Source of the DNA: Tubiluchus corallicola
Taxonomy: Eukaryota > Animalia > Priapulida
Length of the DNA: 25,201 nucleotides
Reading direction: 5' to 3'
Assembly: GCA_030141605.1 (NCBI GenBank)
Contig: JAQGDQ010001797.1
Location: 1-25,201 of the forward strand
Positions 23,101 through 25,201 of this stretch are shown in pieces; positions within the stretch are counted from its first letter, which is position 1; each line of letters opens with the position of its first letter. Below the pieces are notes generated by a model. That model was not told where the DNA came from. It did not search any database and saw only the letters and a list, made by a program, of their open reading frames with translations. The position numbers were made by a program, and so were the translations under genes.

Positions 23101-23369
23101 TTGACAGAATAGCTAGTGCCTTATGCTATTTGTTATGTGGAAACCTAACATTGTAATTAAATGCGGTGCGAATGATGATTTACGAAATTTAACAAAAATT
23201 AGTAGGCTTGCATAACTCTGGAACAACTAATGATCAAGTGGATAAAGATTTCGATAAGCAAGTATATGGGGCAGAGGGTATGCGTTCAATGTCTGCGACA
23301 ATGTTTGAAACCAGGTTGTGCTCCTATCAACGTTGAATTATGCAGTCCACTTTTAAATAGAGTTCTAAG

Positions 23370-23763
23370 TAGGGATGAGTATTCTCAAGCAGAAAACGAA
23401 CTAGAATCGAATCGAATTTGTGACTTTCGAATTCGAAACGAACCGAATTTCAGTATTTCGAATCCGAATCAAATTCGAATTGAGTTTGAAAGATGTTCGA
23501 ACAAGTTTTCGAACCACTAGTAAAGTGGTCTTACAAAGATTACTTGATTTTGTTCTGCAGTAAAACCGCTATTAGTTTACTAATAATTTTGCACAGAACT
23601 TGCAGCTAAATTGTACTAATTGCGTGACGTTTCAAATGTTTTAATGATAAAGAACATAAGTGGCTGAAGTGCTGAATTATTCGAATCTATAATTTTAGGT
23701 TCGAACCGAATTCGATCTAAAAAACTCGTTCGAACAAATTCGAACGTTCGATGCTCACAACTA
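23370..23763. mobile_element. hAT-type MITE
   Basis: Imperfect TIRs TAGGGATGAG / (rc) TAGTTGTGAG, an 8-bp TSD with one mismatch (gttctaag 23362-23369; gttctaac 23764-23771), and TTCGAA-rich subterminal arrays at both ends. Confidence 0.8.
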
Positions 23764-24215
23764 GTTCTAACTTATACGAAAACCCATTTTACAGTTTCAT
23801 ATAGATAAATTTGGACATGCGTTGGCCAAAATAAAATATTTCCGTTTTGTAGTTACCTGCAGACAGTTTGGCGCTTTGCGGCAGCTGCGTGTGTTTCGTG
23901 GACAAGTGCCCAATTCAGAAGTTCTCAGACTCGTAGCAGAAATATTAGTAGATGAATATAGCAAATATTTAATGATTTCCCGGTAGTATAGTCTGCAAGT
24001 GCTTTGTTGGCTACACGCAACCCCTTCGGCAGTTTCAGAACTGTGTATAAACGACAAACCAATCCATTTACTTTATAATATTATGTAGGTTTTTAGTATG
24101 ACTCTGCCTGATTTCAGTCTAGTCATTGCTAAAAAATTGCTTGCTTTCTTTATATTGAAGGCACACATAAGACCGTTAACACTTTCATAGTCTGTTAACA
24201 CACCGCCAACAAATG

Positions 24216-25201
24216 TAGGTAAATTGGCAAGGTAAAAATTGCACAGGAAAAAATTGCACATTAAAAATGGCACAAATGGAAAAGTTGGTAAAAATCGCGC
24301 ATGTAACAATGGCTCAGCAACAATGGCACAGGAACAATGGCAGAAATGGAAAAGTTGGTAAAAAGCGCGCCGGTGACAATGGCACAGGAACAACGGCATA
24401 CGAAAAATGGCAAGGTAAAATGGCAAGGTAAAAATGGCGCAGGAAAAAAATGCACAGAATAATAGCACAGGAAAAATGACACAGTAAAATATACCACACG
24501 AAAAAATGGCACAAATAGGAAAGTAGGTAAAATGGCACACGGAAAAAAATGGCACAGAAAAAATTGCACACTTAGTAAAATATGAGTTTAGGGTTAGGGT
24601 TGGGGGGGGATAATTATTCTAGTTATTTTTACCTCTGCCAATGAAGTCATGCTTCAACACAGTTTGTTTGTTTAGTTAGTGAGTGGCGCACCCTGGTGGG
24701 TGAGTCAGCGACATTTTACCAATTGATAAAAACATTTTAAATAATTAAAAATTTTCTTTTCTAGTTACATAAGTCTTTCCAGGAGGTAATCAAAATGCTA
24801 AGTAATATAGATTTGCATGGAAAGTTTTTTGGGACATAATTTAACATTTCCTTTTCTTCCCCTGATTTACGTTTGCGTAGTGACGTCATGTAATTACGAC
24901 AACAGTATTGCGGGAGATTTAAAATGAAAACAAACAAAAATTCCTTGCAACGCGAGTACGATATACGGATAGAATTGCTGCAAAATAATATAATTTTTTA
25001 AGGTGATTTTTCTGAAACCAGTTCAGGAACCCCTTTTCTTGTCCTTTAATCTTTACTGGATTTGGATGCCTTTGTGTGCAATAGCAGTAAGAGTGTTACG
25101 CAAAAATTACCCAACAGATTTCCACGAAACTTTGTGGAGAAAGCGAGTATGTGCCATTTTACCATGCCATTTTTCCTGTACCATTTTTACCTGTGCCAGT
25201 T
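24216..25201. mobile_element. Foldback/MITE-like element with inverted arrays of short AAAAATGGCAC(AGG) units; probably continues past the window
   Basis: Degenerate tandem array at 24216-24575 followed by TTAGGGTTAGGG. Reverse-complement units (gtgccatttt) at 25150-25201. Confidence 0.6.

Noticed and set aside
23395-23750. Heat-shock elements in the TTCGAA-rich stretch
   Set aside because: Spacing mostly does not fit nGAAnnTTCn, and the stretch is explained as hAT MITE subterminal repeats.
24073-24571. Cys/Phe-rich ORFs
   Set aside because: Translations of the gtgccatttt tandem array.
24586-24608. Telomere or interstitial telomeric array
   Set aside because: Only about two TTAGGG units, lying inside a repeat element.

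Overview
AT-rich, repeat-dense eukaryotic (probably invertebrate animal) genomic DNA, not prokaryotic. The only clear host gene is a complete 669-aa ABCG2/BCRP-like half-transporter on the minus strand (19563-21572) whose CDS has no introns, suggesting a retrogene. The rest is mostly mobile DNA and simple repeats: two 5'-truncated copies of one LINE, each inside (GA)n/(TC)n tracts; RTE, Penelope-like and CR1-like fragments; tRNA- and 5S-derived SINEs; two inverted piggyBac-type MITEs; a Kolobok-like element; a hAT MITE; and a ~2-kb 30-bp minisatellite. The most striking item is a 569-bp TSD-flanked, internally deleted RTE element (8771-9339, minus). Its 5' end is a twister ribozyme core, and the element begins at the predicted self-cleavage site. 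All family calls come from motif recognition by eye, not database searches.
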